Counted from the first letter of the stretch, positions 38,848 through 49,566 are shown. The stretch: 55,122 nucleotides of DNA from Gemmatales bacterium (GCA_025056555.1 JANWVZ010000002.1:1-55122); one strand, 5' to 3'. The notes: generated by a model not told the origin, from the letters alone. A program made the numbers and translations.

Positions 38848-40329
38848 ATGAGCCTGAGAATCTATAACACGCTGACGCGACAGAAAGAGCCTTTCGTGCC
38901 CGTCGAGCCGGGTAAAGTGAAGATGTACACCTGCGGCCCGACCGTCTATAAACCCGCTCATATCGGGCACATGGTCGGGCCGGTGATTTTCGACACCGTC
39001 CGCCGTTATTTTGAATACTTGGGTTACGAAGTGCTCTGGGTGCTGAACATTACCGATGTGGATGACAAGTTGATTGCCCGTGCCCGAGAGGAAAATACGA
39101 CTGTCCGCGAACTTGCCGAACGCAACACTGCCGACTATCTGCAATGTCTGCGTGCGTTGCGCGTTGAGGGTATCTCCCACTTGCCGAAAGCCACTGACCA
39201 CATTCCCGACATGATTCACCTGATTGAAACCTTGCTGGCTCGTGGGCATGCGTATGTGGCCAACGGGGATGTCTATTTCGACGTTACCAGTGATCCTGAT
39301 TATGGCAAGTTGTGTCATCGCGATCCAGAGCAGATGGCTGCAGGCGCGCGTATCGAAGTCAGCGAAAAGAAACGGCATCCCGGCGATTTCGCCCTTTGGA
39401 AGGCTGCTAAGCCCGGAGAACCGAGCTGGGATAGTCCCTGGGGACCGGGACGGCCGGGCTGGCACATCGAATGTTCGGCCATGAGCATGCGCTATCTTGG
39501 AGAAACTCTCGACATACACGGCGGGGGACTCGACCTCCAGTTTCCCCATCACGAAAACGAACTGGCCCAGTCCGAATGCTGCACCGGGAAAACCTTTGTA
39601 CGCTACTGGATGCACAACGGACTGCTGAAATTCGGCCAGACAAAAATGGCCGGCTCGCTTGGCAACGTCGTCAATGTTCACGAGTTGCTCCAACGCTATC
39701 CGGGGGAGACGCTGCGTTTCTTCCTCCTGAGCACGCACTACCGCAGTCCCATCGAATTCTCTGAAGAGCGGCTCGAAGCGCTGCACAAGAGCCTGGGAGC
39801 GTTTTATCGCTTCTTCGAGCGCCACCAGCGGATTACGGGCCAGAGTTTTTATCAGATATCCGCTCCGCTGCGTCGCCAGGAAATCCATCTGGACAACGGT
39901 GGCTTTGCTCAGGAAGTGCAGAGGTTACGTCAAAGGTTTCTGGAAGAGATGGATGACGACTTCAACACACAAGGTGCGATCGGCGTCGTGTTTGAGTTGC
40001 TGACAGTGCTCAATCGTTTTGCTGACGAACACCATCTTGAAGACCCCGCTTGTCGTGAACCGGCAGCCGTGGCGCGCTTCCAGCAAGCCGTCCTCGTGTT
40101 ACGCGAAGTGACGCAGCTTCTTGGACTTTTCCTCAGCCCACTTACAGTTCCGACGTCCGCCTCCGACCAGATAGTCGCCAGTCTGATACAGGTGCTGCTG
40201 GACGTGCGTAACGAGTGCCGAAAACACAAGCAATTCGCCCTGGCTGACCTGATTCGCAGCAGGCTTAAGGAGTTAGGTATCGTCGTCGAAGATAGGGCCG
40301 GTGGAAGTACCTGGCGCTGGCAACGATGA
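38848..40329 (+). CDS. cysS: Cysteine--tRNA ligase
   Basis: Contains MYTCGPTVYKPAHIGHMVGP (HIGH), GWHIECSAM, HHENELAQSE and KMAGSLGN (KMSKS). Confidence 0.95.
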   Translation: MSLRIYNTLTRQKEPFVPVEPGKVKMYTCGPTVYKPAHIGHMVGPVIFDTVRRYFEYLGYEVLWVLNITDVDDKLIARAREENTTVRELAERNTADYLQCLRALRVEGISHLPKATDHIPDMIHLIETLLARGHAYVANGDVYFDVTSDPDYGKLCHRDPEQMAAGARIEVSEKKRHPGDFALWKAAKPGEPSWDSPWGPGRPGWHIECSAMSMRYLGETLDIHGGGLDLQFPHHENELAQSECCTGKTFVRYWMHNGLLKFGQTKMAGSLGNVVNVHELLQRYPGETLRFFLLSTHYRSPIEFSEERLEALHKSLGAFYRFFERHQRITGQSFYQISAPLRRQEIHLDNGGFAQEVQRLRQRFLEEMDDDFNTQGAIGVVFELLTVLNRFADEHHLEDPACREPAAVARFQQAVLVLREVTQLLGLFLSPLTVPTSASDQIVASLIQVLLDVRNECRKHKQFALADLIRSRLKELGIVVEDRAGGSTWRWQR

Positions 40330-40483
40330 ACGCCAGGCCGAGCCGGTTTCCGACAGGTCGCGAGCCGACGCAAGCCATCGTCCCCGAACGAGTGAGGATA
40401 TCATTGTGAGGGTGCGACCGACTCCTGAGATTTGAAAGGGTCGGGCGATATTGCAAATCGGACTTGATCAGGGAGTTGCCAGC

Positions 40484-40975
40484 GTGCGCATTCTCGGTAT
40501 TGATCCGGGGCTGCAGGTAACGGGTTACGGTCTTATTGCGTACGTGGCGAGTAATTGGCAGCTGACCGAAGCTGGGGTCATCAGGCCTGAGGGACGGAAT
40601 TTGCCGGAGCGCTTAGCAGAACTCTGGCACGGTCTCGAAGAGCTGTTGCGTGAAACGTGTCCGGATGTTCTAGCCATTGAGGAACTCTACTCCCACTACG
40701 CTCATCCGAGAACGGCGGTACTGATGGCCCATGCCCGGGGAGTCATCCTAACCGCATCTGCTCGCATGGGTATTCCTGTGGTCTCCTACGCGGCAACGCG
40801 CATCAAGAAGACCATTGCCGGCAGCGGGCATGCCAGCAAAGAACAAATGCAGCGTGTGATCCAAGCCGAGCTGGGCCTAGCACAACTGCCAGAGCCTGCC
40901 GACGTGGCCGACGCGCTGGCCTGCGCCCTGTGCCACGCCTTTGTCCAGCGCAGCCGCCCACAAGGAAAGCGCTGA
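40484..40975 (+). CDS. ruvC: Crossover junction endodeoxyribonuclease RuvC
   Basis: Contains VRILGIDPGLQVTGYG, LAIEELY and PADVADALACAL. GTG 40484 with GGGAG 8 nt upstream is preferred over the TTG at 40451. Confidence 0.9.
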   Translation: MRILGIDPGLQVTGYGLIAYVASNWQLTEAGVIRPEGRNLPERLAELWHGLEELLRETCPDVLAIEELYSHYAHPRTAVLMAHARGVILTASARMGIPVVSYAATRIKKTIAGSGHASKEQMQRVIQAELGLAQLPEPADVADALACALCHAFVQRSRPQGKR

Positions 40976-41835
40976 ACAGGCTGGTTGGCATGGATCTAGT
41001 CAGCCCCCGCTGTCCCTGGGAATGTAGAGCCAAGTCCATGTATTTTCTCAAACCTGCCTTCCGGGCTGACACCTGCCACAAATATGCACGGCAACCCTCG
41101 CAATGCCATTTCATTCGGCTGGAAAACGGTCTAGGAGCGCACGCTTGGCCTAAGTCTCATCTCTAAATGACTGTGTAGAAAAGATAGCGACAGGCGACTT
41201 TTTGCAACGAACTGGCCCAGCGCTTTTCTGAGTTCCTTCGATAGTCAGCCAGACGTTGATGGAGTTAGCGAGCCGGACCGACGCGAACCGCCCTCCCTTC
41301 TCCGTACAGCGCCGTGACTCTCATAAGAGACGGAGTCAGCGGAGCGGTCAGCAGGTGCTCGAGGCTCGACGTCTGAACCATCCCAGTTGGCCTTGAGGTA
41401 CCTTATCCACATCCAACGAGAACTGAAGAGGTCGCACATCCGGGGTTGTGATGCATACTATCCAAGGCGAATACTGGCAGCATTTATTGGCTCAGGCCGA
41501 AATTCGGGCCCCCAAGTCAATGCTGTAACTCTCCAGTTGGTTAGTTGATTCGTTGGAGGACTGAGTTGTTTTTGCGAAAGTTCAGGCTGGAAGACTTGTT
41601 TCTGTTCCGTCGGTCATGTGAGTCGTGGCGTGACTGCTGAGATGTTGTGAACTGGACATACTCACTGTATCCTCCTGCCATGATTTTGCCACGAAACTTG
41701 GTTCATAAGATAGGCGAGAGAGTTTTTTCGCGTATGATGGTAACAGCAGTACTCAGGCTTTTGAACAGGGCCAGGGCAGGAGCCCTCGGAAGCGCAAGAC
41801 ATCCGAATCCGAGCAAGGTAATTCCAGCGAGCCGT

Positions 41836-42993
41836 ATGACGATCTACCTGGATAATGCCGCCACGACCTTTCCGAAACCCGAGTCGGTCTATCGGGCGAT
41901 GGATGAGTTCGCGCGCACGCAGTTAGCCAACCCCGGACGTGCGGGACATCGCATGGCGTTGGCTTCCGAACGGGTACTCGACGACACGCGGCACCTGTTG
42001 AACCAGCTGTTTCGCGGGGAATCGCCGGAGCGGTTCATTTTCACGTTAAACTGCACCGATGCGCTGAATATGGCGATCAAAGGGGTGCTCCACGAAGGCG
42101 ACCACGTGATCACCACAAACCTCGAACATAACAGCGTCAGCCGACCCCTGCAAGCTCTGGCCGATGCGAGGCACATCACCCTGAGTCGCATTCCTGCGGA
42201 CGGCGGAGGCACAGTTGATCCCGAAGCCATTCGCCGCGCGATCACTCCGAAAACTCGGTTGCTCGTGGTTACTCACGCCAGCAATGTCCTGGGAACTGTG
42301 CAGCCTGTACATGAAATCGCGCAGATCGCCCGCGAATACGATGTGCTCTTCCTGGTGGATGCCGCACAAACGGCTGGAGTTGTGCCCATTGACCTTCGGG
42401 GTTGGGGCATAGACCTGCTGGCGTTCCCCGGCCACAAGAGTTTGCTCGGCCCGACGGGAACTGGCGGCTTATATGTCGGCAGCCGTGTGCAACTGCGTCC
42501 GTGGCGGGAGGGAGGCACCGGGGGCGATTCCGCCAGTCCCACCCAGCCCTGCGAAATGCCGTTTTACCTGGAAGGCGGCACGCCCAACGTCGTGGGCGTT
42601 GCCGGATTAGCCGCAGGCATTCGCTATATTCTCCAACGCGGCCAAACTCATATTCACGAACACGAAATGCAGCTTATCGAAAGCTTGCGGCAATGGTTGC
42701 TTGAGCAAGAGGGTTTCGAGGTGTTCGGGCATGCTGAGCCACAACGGCGTGTCGCAACCCTGAGCTTTCGGGTCGAGGCTCTCCCGGCCAGCGATGTGGC
42801 AGCGATCCTCGACGCCAGTTTCGACATTGCCGTTCGGCCCGGTTTGCATTGTGCCCCATACATCCACCGCGCCATGGGAACCTTTCCTGAAGGTACGGTG
42901 CGCGTCAGCGTAGGCCCGTTCAATACCCAGGCTGATGTGGAAGCGTTGTGTCAGGCGCTGAGCCAACTCGTGGGCAATGGTGTGACTGTCTGA
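41836..42993 (+). CDS. Class V aminotransferase-fold PLP enzyme (cysteine desulfurase family)
   Basis: Contains MTIYLDNAATTFPKPESVYRAM, VVTHASNVLGT, FLVDAAQTAG and the PLP lysine in FPGHKSLLGPTG. The start is uncertain because the ORF opens at 41647. Confidence 0.85.
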   Translation: MTIYLDNAATTFPKPESVYRAMDEFARTQLANPGRAGHRMALASERVLDDTRHLLNQLFRGESPERFIFTLNCTDALNMAIKGVLHEGDHVITTNLEHNSVSRPLQALADARHITLSRIPADGGGTVDPEAIRRAITPKTRLLVVTHASNVLGTVQPVHEIAQIAREYDVLFLVDAAQTAGVVPIDLRGWGIDLLAFPGHKSLLGPTGTGGLYVGSRVQLRPWREGGTGGDSASPTQPCEMPFYLEGGTPNVVGVAGLAAGIRYILQRGQTHIHEHEMQLIESLRQWLLEQEGFEVFGHAEPQRRVATLSFRVEALPASDVAAILDASFDIAVRPGLHCAPYIHRAMGTFPEGTVRVSVGPFNTQADVEALCQALSQLVGNGVTV

Positions 42994-43169
42994 AAGGTTT
43001 CTGAGTCCTCCAGCGAACACCTCATGCCACTTGCCAGGCTGTAGCGTTGCCCGAATCCTCAAGACGACAGCGATCGCACTTGTCGGTACAGCGTGCCCCA
43101 CCTTCAGAACCATCTGGCGATTGAACCCTTGGGAATGCCGTTCACATACTGCCCGTCGGGGCGGCCAAT

Positions 43170-44075
43170 TCACGGGCCGAGCGTCAGTACCAACTCGCTT
43201 TGGCTCACCTCGACGAATTCGCGCGTGGCCAGCCAATAACAGCGGCGCTTCAACTGGAGACGATGTTCGTGCCACTCCAGTTCAAAATAACTCCATACAC
43301 GGCGCAGAGTGGCACTGCCACAACATAACAGGGCAAAACCGCGATGAATGTCCGGAGCGTGCACATAAGGATGATGACGATGTCCGTGTAGCCAGGCAAG
43401 CACATGGTGGCGTGCTAACACTTCCGCGAGCGCCTCCGCATCGGTAAGCCGGCGAAAATAGGTTTCGGCTCGGCCGTCCGAACGCAGTAACGGATAGTGG
43501 GTTACCAAAAAACAGGGCCGGGAACGGATTTCGCTTCGAGTAAGTAACGCCTGGAGATGCTTCAGCTGCTGGGTGCCGATTTCGCCGCGGACGTCCCAGG
43601 GCCACTTCATGGGCTTAGCGGAATTGACGGCCAGCAGCACCAGGTTCTCCAGCACCAACGCGAATGGATAAACACCCTGCTCAATGCGCAATCCGCACTG
43701 CCAGGGGGCAAAGTGTCGCTCAAAACTGCCGGCACAAGCAGGGTCGTCCAGATAGTAATCGTGATTGCCTGGTACGGCTACGCCGGGGAAGGTTTCCAGC
43801 AGGGGGCGCAATAATCGTGCCGCTAGGGCAAACTCCTCATCAAAACCCAAACATGCCACATCGCCACACAGCACGACCACATGAGGCTGACGTTGCCGAA
43901 TGTCACGCACCAATGCCTCGGCCACGGTTTCGGCTAAGGCAAAGGAGTCGCGGCGGAACAACCAGCGCATGTTCAACCAGCCAGCCAGCCGTTTGATATG
44001 GTAATCCTGTTTCCGCCAGCGCATGGGCCACAAGGGTAGGTGCAAGTCGCTGATCTGCGCCAACCGCACACTCAT
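43170..44075 (-). CDS. Calcineurin-like metallophosphoesterase
   Basis: Contains QISDLHL, VVLCGDVA, VPGNHDYY and LHGHRHHP. It lies 20 nt downstream of the aminotransferase gene on the same strand. Confidence 0.8.
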   Translation of the reverse strand: MSVRLAQISDLHLPLWPMRWRKQDYHIKRLAGWLNMRWLFRRDSFALAETVAEALVRDIRQRQPHVVVLCGDVACLGFDEEFALAARLLRPLLETFPGVAVPGNHDYYLDDPACAGSFERHFAPWQCGLRIEQGVYPFALVLENLVLLAVNSAKPMKWPWDVRGEIGTQQLKHLQALLTRSEIRSRPCFLVTHYPLLRSDGRAETYFRRLTDAEALAEVLARHHVLAWLHGHRHHPYVHAPDIHRGFALLCCGSATLRRVWSYFELEWHEHRLQLKRRCYWLATREFVEVSQSELVLTLGP

Positions 44076-44095
44076 ACTGCTTTGTCCATTCTCGG

Positions 44096-45412
44096 TCAGG
44101 CGCAGCTCTGGGGCAGTTGCTCGTCCACCCAGGCCAAGACACGGTCGAGCTTGACCGAGGCTTCCTCGAGATGGTGTGGCTCGATGATTAGCGGCGGCGC
44201 CAGCAGGATCAGATGATTCCGCACGAACAGGTGGATTCCTTCCTGCCAGGCCCGTCGCCGAATCTGCAACGGCAACAGCGAATCGGTGTTTGGCGGTATG
44301 AGCGGTGTCTTCTTGGACGGTTCGCTCACTAATTCCAGGCAGGCCAGCAAACCTTTACAGCGCACATCGCCCACGCAGCGATGCCTGCGAGCGAGTTCCT
44401 GAAGACGCAAGCGCAGCAAGTCTCCCATAGCGCGAGCATGTTCGACCAGTCGCCCTTCCTCGTATTCGCGCAAACACGCCAGGGAAGCAGCGCAGGCCAA
44501 CGGATGCGGGGCGAAGGTGCTGCCTAACGGTAACATCCGCGATTCCCACTCGCGCGCCAGCGGCTCCCGCAAAGCGACGGCTCCCAGCGGGGCATATCCC
44601 GCCGTCAACCCCTTAGCTAATACCATCATGTCAGGGACCACACCTTCGTGGTCAACGCCAAACCAAGCCCCGGTACGTCCAAAACCGGTTATGACCTCGT
44701 CGGCAATCAACAAAATGCCGTAACGGTCGCAGATTTCTCGCAAACGTCGCAGGTAACCGTCCGGCACGGGAAACCCTCCCGCAGCACCGGTGAAGGGTTC
44801 GACCACGATGGCCGCCACTGTGGATGGGTTTTCCATCTGCAATTGTCGTTCTAACGCATCTGCACAGAAAAGGCGACATTCGGGGTAGGTTTTATCGAAA
44901 TCACAACGATAACAATAGGGATCGTAGAATCGTACACACCCGGGTGGGCCGGGTTCCACCGCCACGCGGCGCGGATCACCAGCTACACCGAGCGTACTGT
45001 ACGTGGTGCCATGATAACTCCGATACTTGGCAAAAATCTTCGGCCGTTTCGTCATCAGCCGCGCCATCGTGAAGGCGACGTCGTCCGCTTCACTGCCGCT
45101 GTTGACGTAGAAAATCCGGTTCAGATCGCCGGGGAGTTTCTCCGCCAAGCGCCGCGAAAGCTCTGCCCGCTCCTCGGTAAGGAAGATGGGCGACAGACAA
45201 GCCAGTCTCCCTGCCTGCTCCTGAAGGGCACGCACGATGCGCGGGTGATTGTGTCCCAAATGGGCGTGGAACAGTTGCGACAGAAAGTCCAGGTAACGCC
45301 GCCCCTGCCGATCATAAAAGTAAACTCCTTCCGCACGACTGACTACCAGGACGGGGTCTTCCCGTTCCTGTATCGCCCAGGGAATCAGATAGTGTCGGCG
45401 ATACTCGTCCAC
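44096..45412 (-). CDS. Class III (omega-type) aminotransferase
   Basis: Contains YVNSGSEADD, LLIADEVITGFGRTGAWFG and the PLP lysine in MMVLAKGLTAGYAPLG. Confidence 0.85.
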   Translation of the reverse strand: MDEYRRHYLIPWAIQEREDPVLVVSRAEGVYFYDRQGRRYLDFLSQLFHAHLGHNHPRIVRALQEQAGRLACLSPIFLTEERAELSRRLAEKLPGDLNRIFYVNSGSEADDVAFTMARLMTKRPKIFAKYRSYHGTTYSTLGVAGDPRRVAVEPGPPGCVRFYDPYCYRCDFDKTYPECRLFCADALERQLQMENPSTVAAIVVEPFTGAAGGFPVPDGYLRRLREICDRYGILLIADEVITGFGRTGAWFGVDHEGVVPDMMVLAKGLTAGYAPLGAVALREPLAREWESRMLPLGSTFAPHPLACAASLACLREYEEGRLVEHARAMGDLLRLRLQELARRHRCVGDVRCKGLLACLELVSEPSKKTPLIPPNTDSLLPLQIRRRAWQEGIHLFVRNHLILLAPPLIIEPHHLEEASVKLDRVLAWVDEQLPQSCA

Positions 45413-45509
45413 ATTCGCTCCTTTATCGAGGAGACTGCTAGGTGTCTTTCAGAATAATTATGCACTCCCTCCTGCTTCGCCAAAGGTTGGCACGGAATTA
45501 TTCCCGCTG

Positions 45510-45537
45510 AACCTGTCCTTTCTAGACAACCTGTCCT
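45510..45537. promoter_or_regulatory. Tandem 10-nt direct repeat AACCTGTCCT (candidate operator)
   Basis: Exact copies at 45510-45519 and 45528-45537, about 100 nt upstream of the class III aminotransferase start, within a 500-nt divergent spacer. Confidence 0.2.
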
Positions 45538-45912
45538 CGCTGTAGGGTTTTCCAGGCATGTAAAGTCAGGTGCTTCCGATGTCCAAGGAACTTGATTGCG
45601 AGCCGCCAATCCGATGCCGCTATGGTGCAAGTACAATATGCTGCAAAAGACCTGCTGTGACCATAACGGAGCAGGAACGACGACTTACTCGGTCCTCCGC
45701 GCGATGCCAGGATCTGCGAAAGAAATCGCAATCGGATACTTGAAGACCGATTCGGTTCATGGCCCTGAAGCTGAGAATTGCCTGCGAAGACGCTGGCACA
45801 GAGGGGTTGGCTGAGCTGCTTATGCGAAAACCCTATTCCTGTCGGTCATACGGGTTACAACCTTAGCATGCAATCGAAATGCTGACAGCACAGTCTTTGC
45901 AGGAGAACGGGG

Positions 45913-47316
45913 GTGATGCCAAATCCAGCGATTCGCATCGAAGATGTCCTAACGAATTTCGAATGCTACCGATATCGCACGCCGATTAAATTTGGAGGCG
46001 TAGCGTTTGACCGCGCCACGATTCTGAATGTGCGGATGCAGGTGTGCGATACGCGAGGTCGGCAGATGATCGGTTTCGGCTCCATGCCTCTAGGCAATGT
46101 TTGGGCGTTTCCATCGCGTCGGCTCACCTATGATCAGACGCTGTCGGCCATGCGACAACTAGCAGAACGTTTCCGTGAGGAAGCCATACTTGTCGAGGAT
46201 TATGGCCATCCTATGGAACTGGGACTCTGGCTTGAAGAGCGCTTTCTGCGGGCCGCATCGGAAGTCGCCGCACGATTGCAACTGACCGAACCAATCCCTA
46301 AGTTGGCAGTCTTGGTTGTGGGTAGCGCCTTTGATGCCGCTGTGCACGATGCGTATGGCAAGCTCCTCGGGCGTAGTGCGTACCACTGCTACGGGCCTGA
46401 TTGCCTGCCCGGCGATCTGTCGCGTTGGCTTGGCCGTGATTTTCGCGGCCAAACACTCGAGCAATACATTTCGCGGGAACCGAAACCCAAGTTGCCCCTG
46501 TATCATCTGGTTGGCGCCCTGGATCCGCTGGAGGCCGAAGACGTAGCCCAGCCGGTGGGCGACGGCTTACCTGAGACTCTAGGGGAATGGATTACGTATA
46601 ACGGGCTAACGCACCTAAAGATCAAACTGAACGGCGACGATCTAGCCTGGGATGTGGAACGCGTAGTGCGTGTTGACCGGGTGGCCGAGCAGGTGCAGAG
46701 GCAACGCGGAATAGTGCAATGGTGGTATTCCCTCGATTTCAATGAACGCTGCGGCACCGTGGATTATCTCCTGGAATTCATGAAGCAACTGCAAGAACGT
46801 GCTCCGCGTGCCTGGCAACGCGTCCAATACATTGAGCAACCGACCCACCGGGACCTCAAAACGCACGGTCGAGTTGATCTGCATGCCGCCTCGCAATGGA
46901 AACCGATAGTCGCTGACGAAGCGCTGACCGACTTGGAAAGCCTTTACTTAGCCCGCGATTTGGGGTACACGGGCGTAGCTCTCAAAGCGTGCAAGGGTCA
47001 GACGCAATCGCTGTTGGCGGCGGCCGCGGCTCAGAAGCTCGGTATGTTCGTGTGTGTGCAGGATTTGACGTGCCCGGGAGCCTCGCTCATTCACTCCGCA
47101 GGTTTGGCGGCTCACGTCCCGCCTGTGGCTGCCATCGAAGCCAATGCTCGCCAATACATGCCCCAGGCCAATCGGGCGTGGGAAGAGCGGTTCCCGGGAA
47201 TCTTTCGCATGACCGACGGCTACATGCGCACGGGCGAGATTACGGGCCCTGGCTTAGGTGCAGTTCCCCCTGAAGTACCAGCGGGTTCAGAACCCGTATG
47301 GGAGAACCCGCCGTAA
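45913..47316 (+). CDS. Enolase-superfamily enzyme (muconate-lactonizing-enzyme-subgroup-like)
   Basis: Barrel ligand pattern: HLKIKLNG (KxK), YSLDFNERC (D), VQYIEQP (E), IVADEAL (D/E), VALKACKG (second catalytic K). AGGAGA lies upstream. The specific reaction is unknown. Confidence 0.7.
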   Translation: MMPNPAIRIEDVLTNFECYRYRTPIKFGGVAFDRATILNVRMQVCDTRGRQMIGFGSMPLGNVWAFPSRRLTYDQTLSAMRQLAERFREEAILVEDYGHPMELGLWLEERFLRAASEVAARLQLTEPIPKLAVLVVGSAFDAAVHDAYGKLLGRSAYHCYGPDCLPGDLSRWLGRDFRGQTLEQYISREPKPKLPLYHLVGALDPLEAEDVAQPVGDGLPETLGEWITYNGLTHLKIKLNGDDLAWDVERVVRVDRVAEQVQRQRGIVQWWYSLDFNERCGTVDYLLEFMKQLQERAPRAWQRVQYIEQPTHRDLKTHGRVDLHAASQWKPIVADEALTDLESLYLARDLGYTGVALKACKGQTQSLLAAAAAQKLGMFVCVQDLTCPGASLIHSAGLAAHVPPVAAIEANARQYMPQANRAWEERFPGIFRMTDGYMRTGEITGPGLGAVPPEVPAGSEPVWENPP

Positions 47317-49566
47317 TCGCAAGCTATTAAGAAAGACGGATAGGCTGCTCAGCGACATCGCCGCTGCGGCCATCATCGGATGCAACCAACCTAAAGCTGC
47401 CGCGGGTAGGGCCAATACGTTGTAAAGAAACGCCCAGAACAGGTTCCCGTAAATGATGCGTCGGGTACGTCGAGCTAACACTAGAGCCGCGGGGACGGCG
47501 AGTGGGTCATCGTTCAAAATAATTACGTGTCCGGCTTCGATGGCGACATCAGCTCCGCTGCCGAAGGCAATGCCCACGTCGGCCTGGGCCAGGGCGGGCG
47601 CATCGTTGATCCCGTCTCCGACAAATGCCACCACGCAGCCGGAACGCTGCAACTCGGCCACGATTCGCGCCTTCTGGTCGGGCTTTACTCCTGCATAGAC
47701 CTGCCGGATACCCAGCTGAGCGGCTACGGCCTCGGCCACGTGAGCATGATCGCCGGTCACTAAGTACGGTTCAACACCGAGGTCGCGCAGGCGGTCTATC
47801 GCCGCACCCGAACGAGCACGCAGCTTATCAGCCACCGCGAGAATCCCCAAAACCCGAACCTCGCCCGCACGAAATCGTCGTGCTGAAGCATGCATCGAGT
47901 CCCCTGTCGCTACTGCGTGAGTCAGCTGAGGCGCCACCGCAACCAGGATCGGTGTCATGCCCTTAACGGCCAACTCCTCGGCTCGCAATTCAGCTAAGCG
48001 GGGCAACGCCACGCCCAGTTCGCAGAACAAATCCCGGTTGCCGATCAGCACAAGTTGTCGCTCCACCTCTGCCTCCACGCCACGGCCCGGATAAGCGCGA
48101 AAATGTGTTGCCGAAGTCGGCTCAATTTTCTGGCCTTCAGCAAACTGAACGATAGCCTCCGCCAGGTGATGCTCGGAGTTTTTTTCCGCACTAGCGGCCA
48201 GACGCACGATATCTGGCACGGCCACGTGAGGATCGAGCGTCAGGGCTTGCTGCACTTCGGGTTGACCCTCGGTGAGCGTTCCCGTCTTATCAAACAGCAC
48301 GATCCCTACCTGAGCGGCACGTTCCAGCACTGCGGCATCGCGAAAAAGAATTCCCAATTCGGCTCCCCGACCCGTGGCCACCACGAGCGCGACAGGGGTA
48401 GCCAGACCCAATGCACAGGGACACGCGATAATCAGCGTAGCCACTGCCGCTTGTAATGCTGCCGCTGTCGCATCTGACCAACTCGTGGGACCTAGCCAAA
48501 CCAGCCAGCCTGTTGCTGCAAGCAATGCGATCAACAAAACCACGGGCACGAAGATTGCGGCAATGCGGTCGGCTGTTTTCTGGATGGGCACGCGACTCAA
48601 CTGGGCGCGTTCGACCAGAGCCACGATTTTGGCCAGTGTCGTGTCGCTGCCGACTGCCGTCACGCGAACGCGCAGCGCCCCCGTGGTGTTTAGGGTACCG
48701 GTGAATACTAAATCGCCAGCTTTTTTCGGCACAGGCTGAACCTCCCCTGTGAGCATGCTCTCGTTGATCGCGGACTCACCTTCGAGCACCTCGCCGTCCG
48801 CGGGCACCCGGTCCCCAGGCCGCAAGATCACGACGTCCCCTGGCCGCAGCGCGCTGACCGCCACTTCAACTTCCTCGCCCTCGCGCCAAACACGGGCTCG
48901 TGCTGGCTGTAGCGACCATAATCGGGCCAGTGCTGAAGTCGCCCGCACTCGAGCACGAGACTCAAGAAATTGCCCTAGCAAAACCAGCAAAATAATGCCC
49001 GCCTGGGCCTCAAAATAAACTTCGCCGGCAGGAAGACCGAACCAACCTAGAATCGTCACTACCGATCCTTGCCCGTAGGCTGTTAGCGTGCTTAGGGCGA
49101 TGAGCGTATTCATGTCAGCGGCGCCTCGTGTTAGCGCCGCCCAAGCTCCGCGGAGGAACGGCAGACCGCACCAAAATTGCAACGGCGTGCATAACGCCCA
49201 AAGCAGCTCATTCCGACCTGGAAAATGTACGTGAAACATGCTGATCGCTAACACAGGTAACGCCAGGATCGTTGCTACGATTAAACGCTTTCCCTCAGAT
49301 TGCAGCAACGCACGGCCGCTCCTCGACGTATCCGACCACGTCGCTTCCTCGGCGTCGGAGAGCACAACCGCTCGATAGCCGACCTCAGCTACCGCTCGCT
49401 CCAGCAGGCTGTCGTCCATGTCGGGCTTCTCCACGACCACTAACGCTTCCCCTGGCGTCAAATAGACAATCGCCTCCTTGACCCCTGGTACCCGTCGCAG
49501 TGCTTGTTCGACCTGCTGCACGCAGCTCGCACAATGCATGCCCTCAATGCGTAAACGTTTGTTCAT
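47287..49566 (-). CDS. copA: Heavy-metal (Cu+-type) P1B-type ATPase
   Basis: Has the HMA domain RIEGMHCASCVQQVE, the CPC motif IIACPCALGLATP, the phosphorylation site FDKTGTLT and the hinge VGDGINDAPAL. Confidence 0.95.
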   Translation of the reverse strand: MNKRLRIEGMHCASCVQQVEQALRRVPGVKEAIVYLTPGEALVVVEKPDMDDSLLERAVAEVGYRAVVLSDAEEATWSDTSRSGRALLQSEGKRLIVATILALPVLAISMFHVHFPGRNELLWALCTPLQFWCGLPFLRGAWAALTRGAADMNTLIALSTLTAYGQGSVVTILGWFGLPAGEVYFEAQAGIILLVLLGQFLESRARVRATSALARLWSLQPARARVWREGEEVEVAVSALRPGDVVILRPGDRVPADGEVLEGESAINESMLTGEVQPVPKKAGDLVFTGTLNTTGALRVRVTAVGSDTTLAKIVALVERAQLSRVPIQKTADRIAAIFVPVVLLIALLAATGWLVWLGPTSWSDATAAALQAAVATLIIACPCALGLATPVALVVATGRGAELGILFRDAAVLERAAQVGIVLFDKTGTLTEGQPEVQQALTLDPHVAVPDIVRLAASAEKNSEHHLAEAIVQFAEGQKIEPTSATHFRAYPGRGVEAEVERQLVLIGNRDLFCELGVALPRLAELRAEELAVKGMTPILVAVAPQLTHAVATGDSMHASARRFRAGEVRVLGILAVADKLRARSGAAIDRLRDLGVEPYLVTGDHAHVAEAVAAQLGIRQVYAGVKPDQKARIVAELQRSGCVVAFVGDGINDAPALAQADVGIAFGSGADVAIEAGHVIILNDDPLAVPAALVLARRTRRIIYGNLFWAFLYNVLALPAAALGWLHPMMAAAAMSLSSLSVFLNSLRLRRVLPYGF

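Noticed and set aside
38338-39888. 516-aa ORF on the minus strand spanning ispF and cysS, the longest unexplained ORF in the track
   Set aside because: It lies in the codon-aligned antisense frame of two well-supported genes (39886-38848 = 1038 and 38848-38326 = 522, both multiples of 3). Such shadow ORFs stay open whenever the sense genes avoid TTA/CTA/TCA codons. Its sequence has no recognisable motifs, while the sense strand carries HIGH/KMSKS and IspF signatures.
41052-41079. SRP (4.5S) RNA-like element: minus strand reads GUGUCAGCCCGGAAGGCAGGU, reminiscent of the GGAA tetraloop of helix 8
   Set aside because: The conserved GGAAGCAGC / AGCA symmetric-loop sequence is missing, and no extended complementary 5'/3' helix is visible around it.
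41647-41835. 63-aa N-terminal extension of the class V aminotransferase ORF
   Set aside because: Family members start at the M-x-I-Y-L-D-N-A-A-T-T block, so the upstream part looks like an untranslated leader. The start remains uncertain because no strong SD precedes 41836.
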